Shown: positions 34,540 to 44,045 of the stretch, in pieces | Numbering within the stretch: position 1 is the first letter of the stretch | Layout: every line of letters begins with the position of its first letter | From: Minisyncoccota bacterium | GTDB lineage: Bacteria; Patescibacteriota; Minisyncoccia; Phycocordibacterales; Phycocordibacteraceae | Direction: 5' to 3' | Length of the DNA: 64,000 nucleotides | Assembly: GCA_035627655.1 (NCBI GenBank) | Contig: DASPLI010000001.1 | Coordinates: 601,605-665,604 of the forward strand | Notes under the pieces: generated by a model | The model's input: only the letters and a program-made list of their open reading frames with translations | Databases searched by the model: none | What the model was told of the DNA's origin: nothing | Made by a program: the position numbers and the translations under genes

Positions 34540-35478
34540 ATGAAGAAGCAAACGCTGCTCACGGGACTCCAGTCTTCGGGCAATCTCCACATCGGGAACT
34601 ACTTCGGCGCGCTCAAGCCATTCGTCGATATTTACGAGCAGTACGACAGCTACCTGATGGTGGCGGACTATCACGCTCTGACCTCACTTCGAGACCCACA
34701 CGTGCTTCGCACCAGTATTGCAAACGCAGTGCGCGACTATCTTGCGGTTGGCGTTGACCCGACGAAGGCAGTGATCTTCAAGCAGTCTGAGGTGCCGGCA
34801 CACTCTGAGCTTGCCTGGGTATTTGATTGTTTGGTGACCGTGCCATTCCTCATGCAGGCACATGCATATAAGGACAAGGTCGCCAAAGGCCTTGAGGCGA
34901 ACGCCGGCCTCTTTACGTATCCCATGCTCATGGCTGCAGATATTCTCCTCTACAACACGGATGTCGTACCAGTTGGAGAAGACCAACGGCAGCATATTGA
35001 GTACGCCCGGGAAGCGGCAGCGAAATTCAATAATGCGTACGGCGAGCTCTTTAAGGAGCCGAAAGAAATGATTCTCTCGGGTGTCGGCGTGGTTCCAGGG
35101 ACCGACGGCAAGAAGATGTCGAAGAGCTATGGCAACACCATTCCGCTGTTTGGTACCAAGGATGAAATCGCGAAAGCGGTCATGGGTATCGTGACCGACT
35201 CCGGCACGGGACGCCCTGAAAACGTTTACGCTATCCATAAGCTGCTTCGAAGTGAGGAGGATTTGGACACGCTGTACGCGGAAAAGGCCGGGAAGTATAA
35301 GGATCTTAAGGAAGCGTTAATCGAGGATTTGGAGATAATGATCGCTCCGCTTCGGGAAAAGCGCGAGAGTATTACCGACGCTATGGTACGCGACGTACTT
35401 GACGCAGGCGGCGAAAAAGCTCGAGCGGTTTCCGAAGCGAAAATGCAAGCTGTGCGAACGGCAGTCGGAGTTGCCTAG
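34540..35478 (+). CDS. trpS: tryptophanyl-tRNA synthetase (canonical paralog)
   Basis: GNLHIGNYFG and canonical KMSKSYGN with no Cys cluster. Starts at the ATG at 34540. A TATACT -10 sits 7 nt upstream, so the mRNA may be leaderless. Confidence 0.85.
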   Translation: MKKQTLLTGLQSSGNLHIGNYFGALKPFVDIYEQYDSYLMVADYHALTSLRDPHVLRTSIANAVRDYLAVGVDPTKAVIFKQSEVPAHSELAWVFDCLVTVPFLMQAHAYKDKVAKGLEANAGLFTYPMLMAADILLYNTDVVPVGEDQRQHIEYAREAAAKFNNAYGELFKEPKEMILSGVGVVPGTDGKKMSKSYGNTIPLFGTKDEIAKAVMGIVTDSGTGRPENVYAIHKLLRSEEDLDTLYAEKAGKYKDLKEALIEDLEIMIAPLREKRESITDAMVRDVLDAGGEKARAVSEAKMQAVRTAVGVA

Positions 35479-35521
35479 ACTCCTCTGGAGGAGTAGGGTG
35501 ACCCGTTAGAGGAGGTGCCCC

Positions 35522-35683
35522 ATGAAAATCAAAACCTTCCATGGTGAAAAGCGGTGGGAGGAATTCGAAGAGTGGGAACAGACGCATACTGCGCAATTCG
35601 AGATCTGCACCATCGGGTGCTGGCCTTCGGAGCGCGGCGAGCCCATGCTCTATATTGAATATTCTGAGCGCGCCCGGGTATAG
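35522..35683 (+). CDS. small hypothetical protein (53 aa, weak call)
   Basis: A strong GAGGAGGTG SD 5 nt before the ATG. MKIKTFHGEKRWEEFEEWEQ.... Followed by the hairpin GCGCCCGGGTATAGACCCGGGCGC. Confidence 0.3.
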   Translation: MKIKTFHGEKRWEEFEEWEQTHTAQFEICTIGCWPSERGEPMLYIEYSERARV

Positions 35684-35742
35684 ACCCGGGCGCTAGCTTT
35701 TCCTGCTTGCTCTGGCATAGTCTTCCGCAGAAGGAGAGAGAA

Positions 35743-36021
35743 ATGGATAGCGTGACTATCATTCGACTTGTTCTGTTTGGCATTGTCGGGTTGTGCATAT
35801 GGCGAGCGTTTGTCCTTGGCACACGCTTCGATCGACAAACCGATGCCCTCTGGGCACGACTCGATGACCAAACCACACCCGACTCGCTTCCGCCGGACGA
35901 ACAAATCGCCATGATCATGGAGAGCTTGAAACTTGAGAAGGAATCCGAAAGGGTCTGGTACTCTTACGCACTTGCCGCCACCTTCTTCGGCGCCCTCGGG
36001 CTTCTCACGTTTACGAACTAA
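35743..36021 (+). CDS. small membrane protein (hypothetical)
   Basis: AAGGAG SD before the ATG at 35743. Two hydrophobic segments. Confidence 0.4.
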   Translation: MDSVTIIRLVLFGIVGLCIWRAFVLGTRFDRQTDALWARLDDQTTPDSLPPDEQIAMIMESLKLEKESERVWYSYALAATFFGALGLLTFTN

Positions 36022-36025
36022 TACC

Positions 36026-36060
36026 AGCGCCCGCGCAAATCCTGCGCGGGCGTGCTATTT
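36026..36060 (+). terminator. rho-independent terminator
   Basis: GCGCCCGCGCAAATCCTGCGCGGGCGTGCTATTTT. Confidence 0.55.
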
Positions 36061-36061
36061 T

Positions 36062-37402
36062 ATGGACACTATGAAAGACCGGATATTGCTTGGGGAACTT
36101 GGGAGCCATGTGGGCGAGACCGTAACGATTGCGGGCATCGTTGATGTTCGTCGCGATCAGGGCAAGATGGTGTTTTTTGATTTTCGGGATCGCACCGGTA
36201 TCGTCCAGGGCGTCACACTTCCCGGAAGCGACGCGCTTGAAACAGCAAAGACCGTCACCGTTGAATCTCCAGTTAAAGTCACGGGTGTCGTCAACAAGCG
36301 TCCGGAGAAGAATGTGCAGGCAGATAAGCAAAACGGGGATATCGAGCTTGAGGTGAAGGGTATTGTAATCCTGGCTCCTGCCGAGGTCCTTCCGTTTGAA
36401 CCAGATGCGGAACTCAACCTCGATACCTATCTTGATCACTTGCCGCTCACGCTTCGCACCAAGCGTTCACGCGCGATCTTCAAGGTGCAGTCTGAGATCT
36501 TGAAAGCGTATCGTGCCTTTTTGAACAGCCAGGGCTTCACGGAGTTTCAGGCACCCAAGTTGATCGGAGATGATGCGGAAGGCAGCGGGGAAGTGTTTGA
36601 GGTGCCGTACTTCAACAACAAGACCGCACACCTTGCAACCTCACCCCAGCTCTACAAGCAGATCATGGTCGGCGTTCACGAGCGCGTCTTCTGCTCCGGA
36701 ATCGTCTTCCGCGCCGAGAAGCATTCAACCACTCGACACCTAAACGAGTACACCTCGCTTGATATGGAGATGGGCTTTATTGAAAGCCATCAGGACCTCA
36801 TGGACATGGAGACCCGTCTTATGCGCTCCATTACGGATCACCTACGCGAGACGTGTGCAGCAGAGTTTGCGCTGCTTGGCGCAGACATTCCGAACGTGCC
36901 GGAGAAGATTCCGACCATGAAGCTCCGAGAAGCACAGGCACTTATCTTGAAGGAGACTGGGAAGGATAAGACGTCCGAACCGGACCTTGAACCGGAAGAC
37001 GAGCGATGGCTGTGTGAGTGGGCCGCTAAGGAGCATGGTTCGGATTTCGTCTTCGTGACGCACTACCCGGTCTCTAAGCGCCCCATGTACACCATGGAAG
37101 ATAGCGAGGATCCGGGATTTACCAAGAGTTTCGACCTCTTGTTCCGCGGCGTGGAGATTACAACCGGCGGCCAGCGACGGCATGACTTTGAGAACTTGAT
37201 CGACGGCATCAAGATGAAAGGCCTCGACCCAGATCAGTTCTCCTATTACCTTATGGCCTTCAAGTACGGCATGCCGCCGCATGGCGGGTGGGGTATGGGT
37301 CTTGAGCGTCTTACTGCCAAGTTCCTCAATCTTGCCAACGTTAAGGAGGCAACGCTCTTCCCGCGCGACATCAACCGCATCGACACGCGACTTGCTGAAT
37401 AG
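36062..37402 (+). CDS. class IIb aminoacyl-tRNA synthetase, archaeal/eukaryal-type AspRS or AsnRS
   Basis: OB-fold N-terminus, FRAEKHSTTRHLNEYTSLDMEMGF (motif 2) and GGWGMGLERL (motif 3). Aspartate versus asparagine specificity is not decidable by eye. Confidence 0.8.
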   Translation: MDTMKDRILLGELGSHVGETVTIAGIVDVRRDQGKMVFFDFRDRTGIVQGVTLPGSDALETAKTVTVESPVKVTGVVNKRPEKNVQADKQNGDIELEVKGIVILAPAEVLPFEPDAELNLDTYLDHLPLTLRTKRSRAIFKVQSEILKAYRAFLNSQGFTEFQAPKLIGDDAEGSGEVFEVPYFNNKTAHLATSPQLYKQIMVGVHERVFCSGIVFRAEKHSTTRHLNEYTSLDMEMGFIESHQDLMDMETRLMRSITDHLRETCAAEFALLGADIPNVPEKIPTMKLREAQALILKETGKDKTSEPDLEPEDERWLCEWAAKEHGSDFVFVTHYPVSKRPMYTMEDSEDPGFTKSFDLLFRGVEITTGGQRRHDFENLIDGIKMKGLDPDQFSYYLMAFKYGMPPHGGWGMGLERLTAKFLNLANVKEATLFPRDINRIDTRLAE

Positions 37403-37404
37403 CT

Positions 37405-38142
37405 ATGGACGTCATCCCGCTTCGTTCCACCTATACGATTCGAACGAGCGCGTACGAAGGTCCGTTTGACCTTCTCTTGGAGCTTATCGAAAAACGAAAG
37501 CTCTCAGTCAACGAGCTCTCGCTCGCGCAGGTAACGGATGACTTCATTCAGCACGTTAAGAATCAGGCGGACTTTCCGATGGAAGACGCGACCGAATTCA
37601 TTTCGGTTGCCGCGACGCTTCTTTTAGTAAAGTCAAAGTCTCTTATTCCGGAACTTGAACTCTCCGGAGAAGAAGAGCAGGACGTTGACGACCTCAAGCG
37701 ACGCCTGCTTGCATACGAAAAAACTCGCGAGGTTTCGCGGACGTTGGGGCAATTGTTTGGCCGCTCCGTCATGATCTCAGCAGGGGAGCGAGCACCCGAC
37801 GTTATGTTCGCTCCGTCAAAGGACCTTTCCGTTGCCGCGCTTGAAACAGCGCTCCGAGAGGCGCTCAGAGCACTTGAGAAGGAAGAGGTTCTACCGGAGG
37901 CGCGCGTCCGTCCGATGGTCACTATCGAGGAAATGATGGATCGACTCATGGGTCGCGTGCAAAAAGCGCTCACCATGTCGTTTAAAGAGTTCTCAGGAGA
38001 CGCGAAAGAGAAGGTGGAGGTGATTGTCTCCTTCCTTGCCATGCTTGAACTCGTGAAGCAGGGCGCAATTGCCGCAGACCAGCACGGAACATTTGCAGAC
38101 ATCCATATACGAAATACCTCCACTGACGTGCCGCGCTATTAG
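37405..38142 (+). CDS. scpA: segregation and condensation protein A
   Basis: YEGPFDLLLELIEKRKLSVNELSLAQVTDDF. Confidence 0.8.
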   Translation: MDVIPLRSTYTIRTSAYEGPFDLLLELIEKRKLSVNELSLAQVTDDFIQHVKNQADFPMEDATEFISVAATLLLVKSKSLIPELELSGEEEQDVDDLKRRLLAYEKTREVSRTLGQLFGRSVMISAGERAPDVMFAPSKDLSVAALETALREALRALEKEEVLPEARVRPMVTIEEMMDRLMGRVQKALTMSFKEFSGDAKEKVEVIVSFLAMLELVKQGAIAADQHGTFADIHIRNTSTDVPRY

Positions 38143-38224
38143 TGCGAAAACGGTATTCTTGACTTAGTGGAATTTCGATGGTATTTCCGTATTCGGGAAA
38201 CCTGTACGAAAGGAGTACCCGCAT

Positions 38225-38719
38225 ATGGGACTGTTTGTGGCGTACGCGGCATACCTCTTCTATGAGGCATTCCGCACGATTCAGAGTGGCGAGAGGATAG
38301 CTGACACTATCATCGGCGCGCTCATGCTGCTTGTACTTGGCCTCGTGGTGCTCATACTGCTTGGCACCTTTATCGGAGGATTCATTCCGAAAAAGTGGAA
38401 GGTGGTTCGCAAAGTCTCGCTCGTCGCTCTGCGCGATGAGACGACGCTTGGCGGAGCCTTCTTCCTCGGCTGCGGCGGAATCACGAGCGAAACCAACTAC
38501 GTGTTCTTCGAGCGCGTTGACGATAACTGCTTCCGACAGCAGCGACTCGCCAGCAACGAGGTCTACATCTATGAAGAAGATGAAGACGACGGCGTCCTTG
38601 AAGAATACGAATATGTCTTTGCTCATCCGCTCTTCTGGTTGATCGCCATCAACCCGGGGAAGAGCCGGTACGAATTCCATATTCCGCGAGGAAGCGTGCG
38701 CCAAGAGTTTCGGCTCTAG
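38225..38719 (+). CDS. membrane protein (hypothetical)
   Basis: AAAGGAG SD. Two N-terminal TM helices and an acidic patch (YIYEEDEDDGVLEEYEY). Confidence 0.45.
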   Translation: MGLFVAYAAYLFYEAFRTIQSGERIADTIIGALMLLVLGLVVLILLGTFIGGFIPKKWKVVRKVSLVALRDETTLGGAFFLGCGGITSETNYVFFERVDDNCFRQQRLASNEVYIYEEDEDDGVLEEYEYVFAHPLFWLIAINPGKSRYEFHIPRGSVRQEFRL

Positions 38720-38741
38720 GCACCGCTCCCAAGACCAGGAG

Positions 38742-38772
38742 AGCGCCCGCAGTGATGCGGGCGCTTTTGTCA
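38742..38772 (+). terminator. rho-independent terminator
   Basis: AGCGCCCGCAGTGATGCGGGCGCTTTTGTC. Confidence 0.55.
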
Positions 38773-38808
38773 TGTTTTATACATGCGTCAAGGTTGGCCA
38801 TGGCCTAG

Positions 38809-39378
38809 ATGGAGGGTATTATCTGTGTTATGGCCCTTACTCCTCCGGCCCAGCTGGAAGCACTTCTCTTTGCCGCAGGCGAAGCGATGCCGAAGAAACG
38901 TCTTGCCTCGGTAATCGGGGTTTCGCCGGCACTTCTTGATAAAGCCATCGAAGCACTGCGTACGGAGCTTTCCGGTCGCGGATTGGCGCTAATTGAGACA
39001 GAGGACGCGGTTGAGCTTCGCACGCATGCGGACGCATCCGATTTGGTACGCAAGCTTCGCGAGAACGAACTGTCGCGCGACCTTGGAAAGGCCGGGCTTG
39101 AGACTCTGGCGCTTATTTTGTACCGAGGCAGCGCAACCCGAAGCGAGATCGACTGGGTGCGCGGCGTAAATTCCTCCCAAACGCTCCGCTCGCTTTTAAT
39201 TCGAGGACTTGTTGAACGCATGGAAGACCCCGAGGACAAGCGCAAGCTTCGCTATAAAGCAACCGTTGATGCGCTTGCGCACCTTGGCGTTACCCGAAAG
39301 GAAGAGTTGCCTGGCTATGATGAGCTCAACGCCTTGTTTACGGAACGCCAGACCGCAGCTACCGCTGAAGACGTATGA
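38809..39378 (+). CDS. scpB: segregation and condensation protein B
   Basis: LEALLFAAGEAMPKKRLASVIGVSPALLDKAIEALRTEL... The start may instead be the ATG at 38830 (MALTPP). Confidence 0.8.
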   Translation: MEGIICVMALTPPAQLEALLFAAGEAMPKKRLASVIGVSPALLDKAIEALRTELSGRGLALIETEDAVELRTHADASDLVRKLRENELSRDLGKAGLETLALILYRGSATRSEIDWVRGVNSSQTLRSLLIRGLVERMEDPEDKRKLRYKATVDALAHLGVTRKEELPGYDELNALFTERQTAATAEDV

Positions 39379-40334
39379 CCAATCTGAAAACACTCGTTTC
39401 TGAATACGAAAAACAGCGCCGCGCGCGCGAACGCTATCAAATGGCAGTCGCGCTCATTGCTGGCGTATGTGTACTTGGCGGACTCACGCTTGCTGCGTTT
39501 CGCATGCAGGAGCCCAAAGAGACGCCGCCCGTTGCCAAAGCGCCTACGCCAAGCGCCTTTGATACGGTCGAGCTCTCCGCAAAAGCAGCGATCGTCCTTG
39601 ATCTGACGACCGGGGAAGTGCTCTATGCCAAGAACGCCGAGGCACAGCTACCGCTTGCATCACTCACCAAGCTCCTGACGCTCTATGCAGCGTCGCAGAC
39701 ACTTTCTGAAAATACCGTTATTACAATGTCTGCGGATGCGCTTGCAGCAGATGGTGATACCGGCTTTACACAAGGAGAGCGCTTCACCTTCCGCGAGCTT
39801 GCCCGCATGGCTATCACTGCAAGCTCAAACGACGCGGCAGCAGCAATTGCAGAAGCAGCCGCTGACGCTGGTCATGCATCAAACGGCACGGCACTCCTTG
39901 CAAACGTTGCCTCCGCGCTTGGACTGACACAAACCTACGCGCTCAACGGCACCGGACTTGATGAGAACGGCACGATCTCCGGCGCCTATGGCTCTGCCCG
40001 CGATATCGCCGTCCTTGCCGGAGAACTACTCAAGCGCGCACCAGGAATTGCACGCGCCTCCATTGATCCGACTATTACCGCAAACTCGCTTGCTGGCCGC
40101 TCCTATACGCTTACGAATACAAATCCGGGCGTCGACCATATTCCCGGCCTTCTTCTCTCAAAGACGGGGTACACCGATCTGGCCGGCGGCAATCTCGCGA
40201 TCGTATTTGACGCGGGCATCGAGCACCCGGTCGCGATTGTCGTACTTGGCTCAACACGTGACGAGCGGTTTGTTGATGTCAATGAGTTGGTCGCCGCAAC
40301 AACCGCCGAGTTTGCCGGTCTGACACTGCCATGA
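39375..40334 (+). CDS. D-alanyl-D-alanine carboxypeptidase (S11, PBP5-like)
   Basis: SLTK (SxxK), SSND (SxN) and KTGYT (KTG) motifs with an N-terminal TM anchor. Confidence 0.75.
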   Translation: MTNLKTLVSEYEKQRRARERYQMAVALIAGVCVLGGLTLAAFRMQEPKETPPVAKAPTPSAFDTVELSAKAAIVLDLTTGEVLYAKNAEAQLPLASLTKLLTLYAASQTLSENTVITMSADALAADGDTGFTQGERFTFRELARMAITASSNDAAAAIAEAAADAGHASNGTALLANVASALGLTQTYALNGTGLDENGTISGAYGSARDIAVLAGELLKRAPGIARASIDPTITANSLAGRSYTLTNTNPGVDHIPGLLLSKTGYTDLAGGNLAIVFDAGIEHPVAIVVLGSTRDERFVDVNELVAATTAEFAGLTLP

Positions 40335-41389
40335 GTCTTGTTGATGCAGCGCGTGTACTGATTCCATTTGTCGCGACCTTCGCCGTCGGTATTGCGCTTG
40401 CACCACTTCTTACTAACTATCTTTACAAGCACCAGGTCTGGAAGAAGAAGGGAGGGAAGCAGGCGATAGACGGCACGGTTGCCGTTGAGTTCAACAAGCT
40501 TCACGAAGCTCGCGAATCGCACACCCCGCGCATGGGCGGCATTCTTATTTGGGGATCAGTTGTTGTCGTTGCTCTGTTGTTTGCTGTACTCGCGCTCATC
40601 AATAGCACTTTTTCTGATCTCGACTTCGTCAACCGCGGACAAACCTGGCTTCCGCTCTTTGCGCTTCTCTTTGGCGCCGGACTTGGCTTTATCAATGACG
40701 TGCTTGATGTCACGACGCCTGACGCCCGCGGACTTCCGCTTCGCATCCGCCTTTCCGCAATTGCCCTTGCTGCGGCAGCCGTCGCTTGGTGGTTCTATGA
40801 CAAGCTTGAAGTTTCTTCAGTCGGTATTCCATTCTTCGGTCCGCTTGAGCTTGGCATACTCTTTATTCCATTTTTCATCTTTGTCACCCTTGCCATCTAC
40901 GCTAGCGGTGTTATTGATGGCATTGACGGGCTTGCCGGCGGCGTCTTCGCAATCATTTTCATGACCTATGCCGGAATTGCGTTTGCCCAGGAACAGGTTG
41001 CGCTCTCAGCGTTTGCTGCAGCGGTCTCTGGCGGCATCTTTGCCTTCCTCTGGTTCAACGTCCCGCCAGCGCGCTTCTGGATGACGGAGACTGGCTCCAT
41101 GGCGCTCACGCTTGCGCTTACCGTGACGGCGTTCTCTGCAGACGTGCTTGGCGACGGGGTAGGAGTGGGCGTGCTCCCGATCATTGCGCTCCCGCTTACC
41201 GTGACGGTGGCGACCGTTGTTCTCCAGATTCTTTGGAAGAAGATCTTCAAGAAGAAGCTGTTTCGTATCGCGCCGGTCCATCACCACTTTGAAGCGATCG
41301 GCTGGCCGTCCTACAAGGTCACCATGCGCTACTGGATCATCACTATCATCGCGGGTGTGTTTGGCCTTGCGATCGCCCTGCTAAAATAA
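40331..41389 (+). CDS. mraY: phospho-N-acetylmuramoyl-pentapeptide transferase
   Basis: GVIDGIDGLAGG and ten TM helices. Overlaps the dacA-like stop. Confidence 0.9.
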   Translation: MSLVDAARVLIPFVATFAVGIALAPLLTNYLYKHQVWKKKGGKQAIDGTVAVEFNKLHEARESHTPRMGGILIWGSVVVVALLFAVLALINSTFSDLDFVNRGQTWLPLFALLFGAGLGFINDVLDVTTPDARGLPLRIRLSAIALAAAAVAWWFYDKLEVSSVGIPFFGPLELGILFIPFFIFVTLAIYASGVIDGIDGLAGGVFAIIFMTYAGIAFAQEQVALSAFAAAVSGGIFAFLWFNVPPARFWMTETGSMALTLALTVTAFSADVLGDGVGVGVLPIIALPLTVTVATVVLQILWKKIFKKKLFRIAPVHHHFEAIGWPSYKVTMRYWIITIIAGVFGLAIALLK

Positions 41390-41393
41390 GGGC

Positions 41394-42500
41394 ATGCGGC
41401 TTGGATTCTCCGGCGATCGTCTCTTTTTCCTGATCGTGCTCGTGCTCGTCGTTGGCGGAATCGCCATGTTTGCCTCTGCATCCCTTGGTCTTCTTGCGCG
41501 TGCAGATGGTGCGCCCTGGCGGCTTGCGCTCACGCAACTTCTGCTTGGCCTTATCCCGGGCACGCTCGGGCTGCTTGCGCTTCGCTTTGCACCGCCGGCA
41601 TGGATCCAGAAGATGGTTGTGCCGGTCTATCTGGGAGCGATCATCCTGACGCTCCTCGTGTTCGTGCCGGGTATCGGTATGACTATCAACGGCGCAACCC
41701 GTTGGATTGATATCGGCTTTACGACCGTGCAGCCAGGCGAATTCTTGAAGATCGGTACGATTCTCATGCTTGCCTGGTGGCTCTCACGCGTGAAAGGAAA
41801 GCTGACTGACCTGACGAAAGGTCTTATCCCGTTTGGCGTCATTGTCGGATTGCCGTGTCTGATTCTGCTACTGCAGCCGAACACTTCGACCGTCATTATT
41901 ATTGGCCTGACATCAGTCGCGTTGTATTTCCTTGCCGGTGCACCACTCCGAGATTTGTTCTTGCTTGCGCTCATTGCGGTCGTGCTTGCTGCCGGCCTCG
42001 TGATGGCCCGTCCATATCTCTTAGATCGCGTAAAAACGTTTATGGATCCGTCTCGCGACCCACTTTCTTCCGGCTACCAGATCCAGCAGTCGTTGATCGC
42101 GATTGGTTCAGGCGGATTGGTGGGACGCGGATTTGGTCAGAGCGTGCAGAAGTTCAACTATCTGCCTGAAGCGCACGGCGACTCCGTGTTTGCCGTCTAC
42201 GGAGAGGAGTTTGGGTTTGTTGGAACTATGCTCTTGCTCGGACTGTTTGTCGCGTTTGCGACGCGTGGATTTGCGATAGCTGCAGGCGCCGCAACACTCT
42301 TTGGGTCCTTGGCCGCCACCGGTCTCACCCTTCTCATATCCTTAGCCGCATTTCTAAATATTGGCGCGATGCTTGCCATCCTGCCGCTTACCGGCCTTCC
42401 GCTGCCGTTTGTGTCCCACGGCGGTACGGCACTCTTTACGGCGCTGCTGTGCGTCGGCATCATTCTAAACGTGGCTGCACACCGCAAACGACGAACATGA
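41394..42500 (+). CDS. ftsW: SEDS-family peptidoglycan glycosyltransferase (FtsW/RodA)
   Basis: 368 aa with a polytopic SEDS signature (GFGQSVQKFNYLPEAHGDSVFAV). Confidence 0.85.
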   Translation: MRLGFSGDRLFFLIVLVLVVGGIAMFASASLGLLARADGAPWRLALTQLLLGLIPGTLGLLALRFAPPAWIQKMVVPVYLGAIILTLLVFVPGIGMTINGATRWIDIGFTTVQPGEFLKIGTILMLAWWLSRVKGKLTDLTKGLIPFGVIVGLPCLILLLQPNTSTVIIIGLTSVALYFLAGAPLRDLFLLALIAVVLAAGLVMARPYLLDRVKTFMDPSRDPLSSGYQIQQSLIAIGSGGLVGRGFGQSVQKFNYLPEAHGDSVFAVYGEEFGFVGTMLLLGLFVAFATRGFAIAAGAATLFGSLAATGLTLLISLAAFLNIGAMLAILPLTGLPLPFVSHGGTALFTALLCVGIILNVAAHRKRRT

Positions 42501-42889
42501 AAACCGTACGCAAAGCCGCAGCAATCATTCGAGACGGAGACCGCGTACTCTTGGTGAAAGAACGTGCTCCGTGGATGTACGGGTGCTGGAATTGGTCGCA
42601 GGGATCTATGGAGGAAGGGGAGGCGCCAGAGGAGACTGCGGTTCGTGAAGCGAAAGAGGAGACTGGTCTTGATACGCAGATCGTGCGCAAACTTGCCATG
42701 CTGACCGACACATTCCCAGATACGAGTGAGCTCCATGTATATGAGGTCGCTGTCACTGGCGGCGAACTTGCATTTCCGGAATGGGAAATTATGGAGTTGC
42801 GGTGGTATACGCTTGAGGAGCTTGCGGGTATGGAAAAAGAGTTCGCGGGTCCTTGGGTGGCTGAGGTGCTGCGAACTTTTGTGTTATAA
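42497..42889 (+). CDS. Nudix hydrolase
   Basis: Nudix box GSMEEGEAPEETAVREAKEETGL. Its ATG overlaps the ftsW stop (ATGA). Confidence 0.7.
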   Translation: MKTVRKAAAIIRDGDRVLLVKERAPWMYGCWNWSQGSMEEGEAPEETAVREAKEETGLDTQIVRKLAMLTDTFPDTSELHVYEVAVTGGELAFPEWEIMELRWYTLEELAGMEKEFAGPWVAEVLRTFVL

Positions 42890-42899
42890 TCCAAAAATC

Positions 42900-44045
42900 A
42901 TGAAGGTTGTATTTGCGGGCGGGGGAACCGGCGGACATTTCTATCCCATCATTGCCGTTGCCGAGGAGATCCGAGCTATCGCTCGCGAACGCCGACTCCT
43001 GATGCCGAAGCTCTACTACTTGGCACCCGCAGCGTTTGATCAAGAAGCATTGTTTGAAAATGAGATTCAGTTTGAAGCCTGCCCGGCAGGAAAGTGGCGC
43101 CGCTACTTCTCGCTCAAGAACTATGCGGACCTCCTCGTAACCGCAACTGGCTTTATCTGTGCCCTTACCGCGCTCTTCCGTATCTATCCGGACCTCGTGT
43201 TCTCCAAGGGCGGATATGCAAGTGTGCCGGTCGTACTCGCAGCCCGCGTTCTTGGCATTCCGGTCATGATTCATGAATCGGATGCAAAGCCGGGACGGGC
43301 AAACCTGATGGCCTCGAAGTTTGCGTTTCGTATCGGCGTTGCCTTTGATAGCGCAATTCCATTCTTCCCGAAAGCGGTGCACAGCAAGATCGCACGAACC
43401 GGCGTTCCGATCCGCCGCGCAATTGCAACACCAGAATCGGAAGGCGCTCGCCAGGAACTCGGTCTTGATAGCAGCGTCCCAACCGTCCTTGTCCTTGGCG
43501 GCTCTTCAGGCGCTACCGCTATAAATGACGTGGTCGTTGCTGCGCTTCCGGAACTTCTCCAGACTGCAAACGTTATTCACCAGACCGGAAAAGACAATAT
43601 TGAAGCGGTCGAGCGTCTCGCCAAAGTTGTGATAGAGAAGTCCCCGCATGCCGACCGCTATCATCCATTTCCATATCTCAATACGCTTGCCATGCGGCGT
43701 TCGGCAGGCGCTGCCGACCTCATCATTTCTCGTGCTGGCATCACGACGATTGCGGAGATCGCTCTCTGGCGCAAACCATCCATCCTTATTCCGATTCCGG
43801 AGTCGGTGAGCCATGACCAGCGCACAAACGCGTATGCCTATGCGCACACTGGCGCAGCAGTTGTCCTTGAGCAGGGAAATCTCACGCAGAACCTGCTCGT
43901 GTCTGAAGTACGCCGCATTCTCTCAGACGAGGCGCTTCGAAAAGAGATGGCGGAGAAGAGCGCAGCATTTGCCTCAACCGATGCAGCAAAAATCATTGCC
44001 GAGGAAATTGTTTCGATCGGCCTTTCGCACGAATCACAGTCATGA
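42900..44045 (+). CDS. murG: UDP-N-acetylglucosamine--N-acetylmuramyl-(pentapeptide) pyrophosphoryl-undecaprenol N-acetylglucosamine transferase
   Basis: MKVVFAGGGTGGHFYP... Starts at the ATG at 42900. Confidence 0.85.
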   Translation: MKVVFAGGGTGGHFYPIIAVAEEIRAIARERRLLMPKLYYLAPAAFDQEALFENEIQFEACPAGKWRRYFSLKNYADLLVTATGFICALTALFRIYPDLVFSKGGYASVPVVLAARVLGIPVMIHESDAKPGRANLMASKFAFRIGVAFDSAIPFFPKAVHSKIARTGVPIRRAIATPESEGARQELGLDSSVPTVLVLGGSSGATAINDVVVAALPELLQTANVIHQTGKDNIEAVERLAKVVIEKSPHADRYHPFPYLNTLAMRRSAGAADLIISRAGITTIAEIALWRKPSILIPIPESVSHDQRTNAYAYAHTGAAVVLEQGNLTQNLLVSEVRRILSDEALRKEMAEKSAAFASTDAAKIIAEEIVSIGLSHESQS

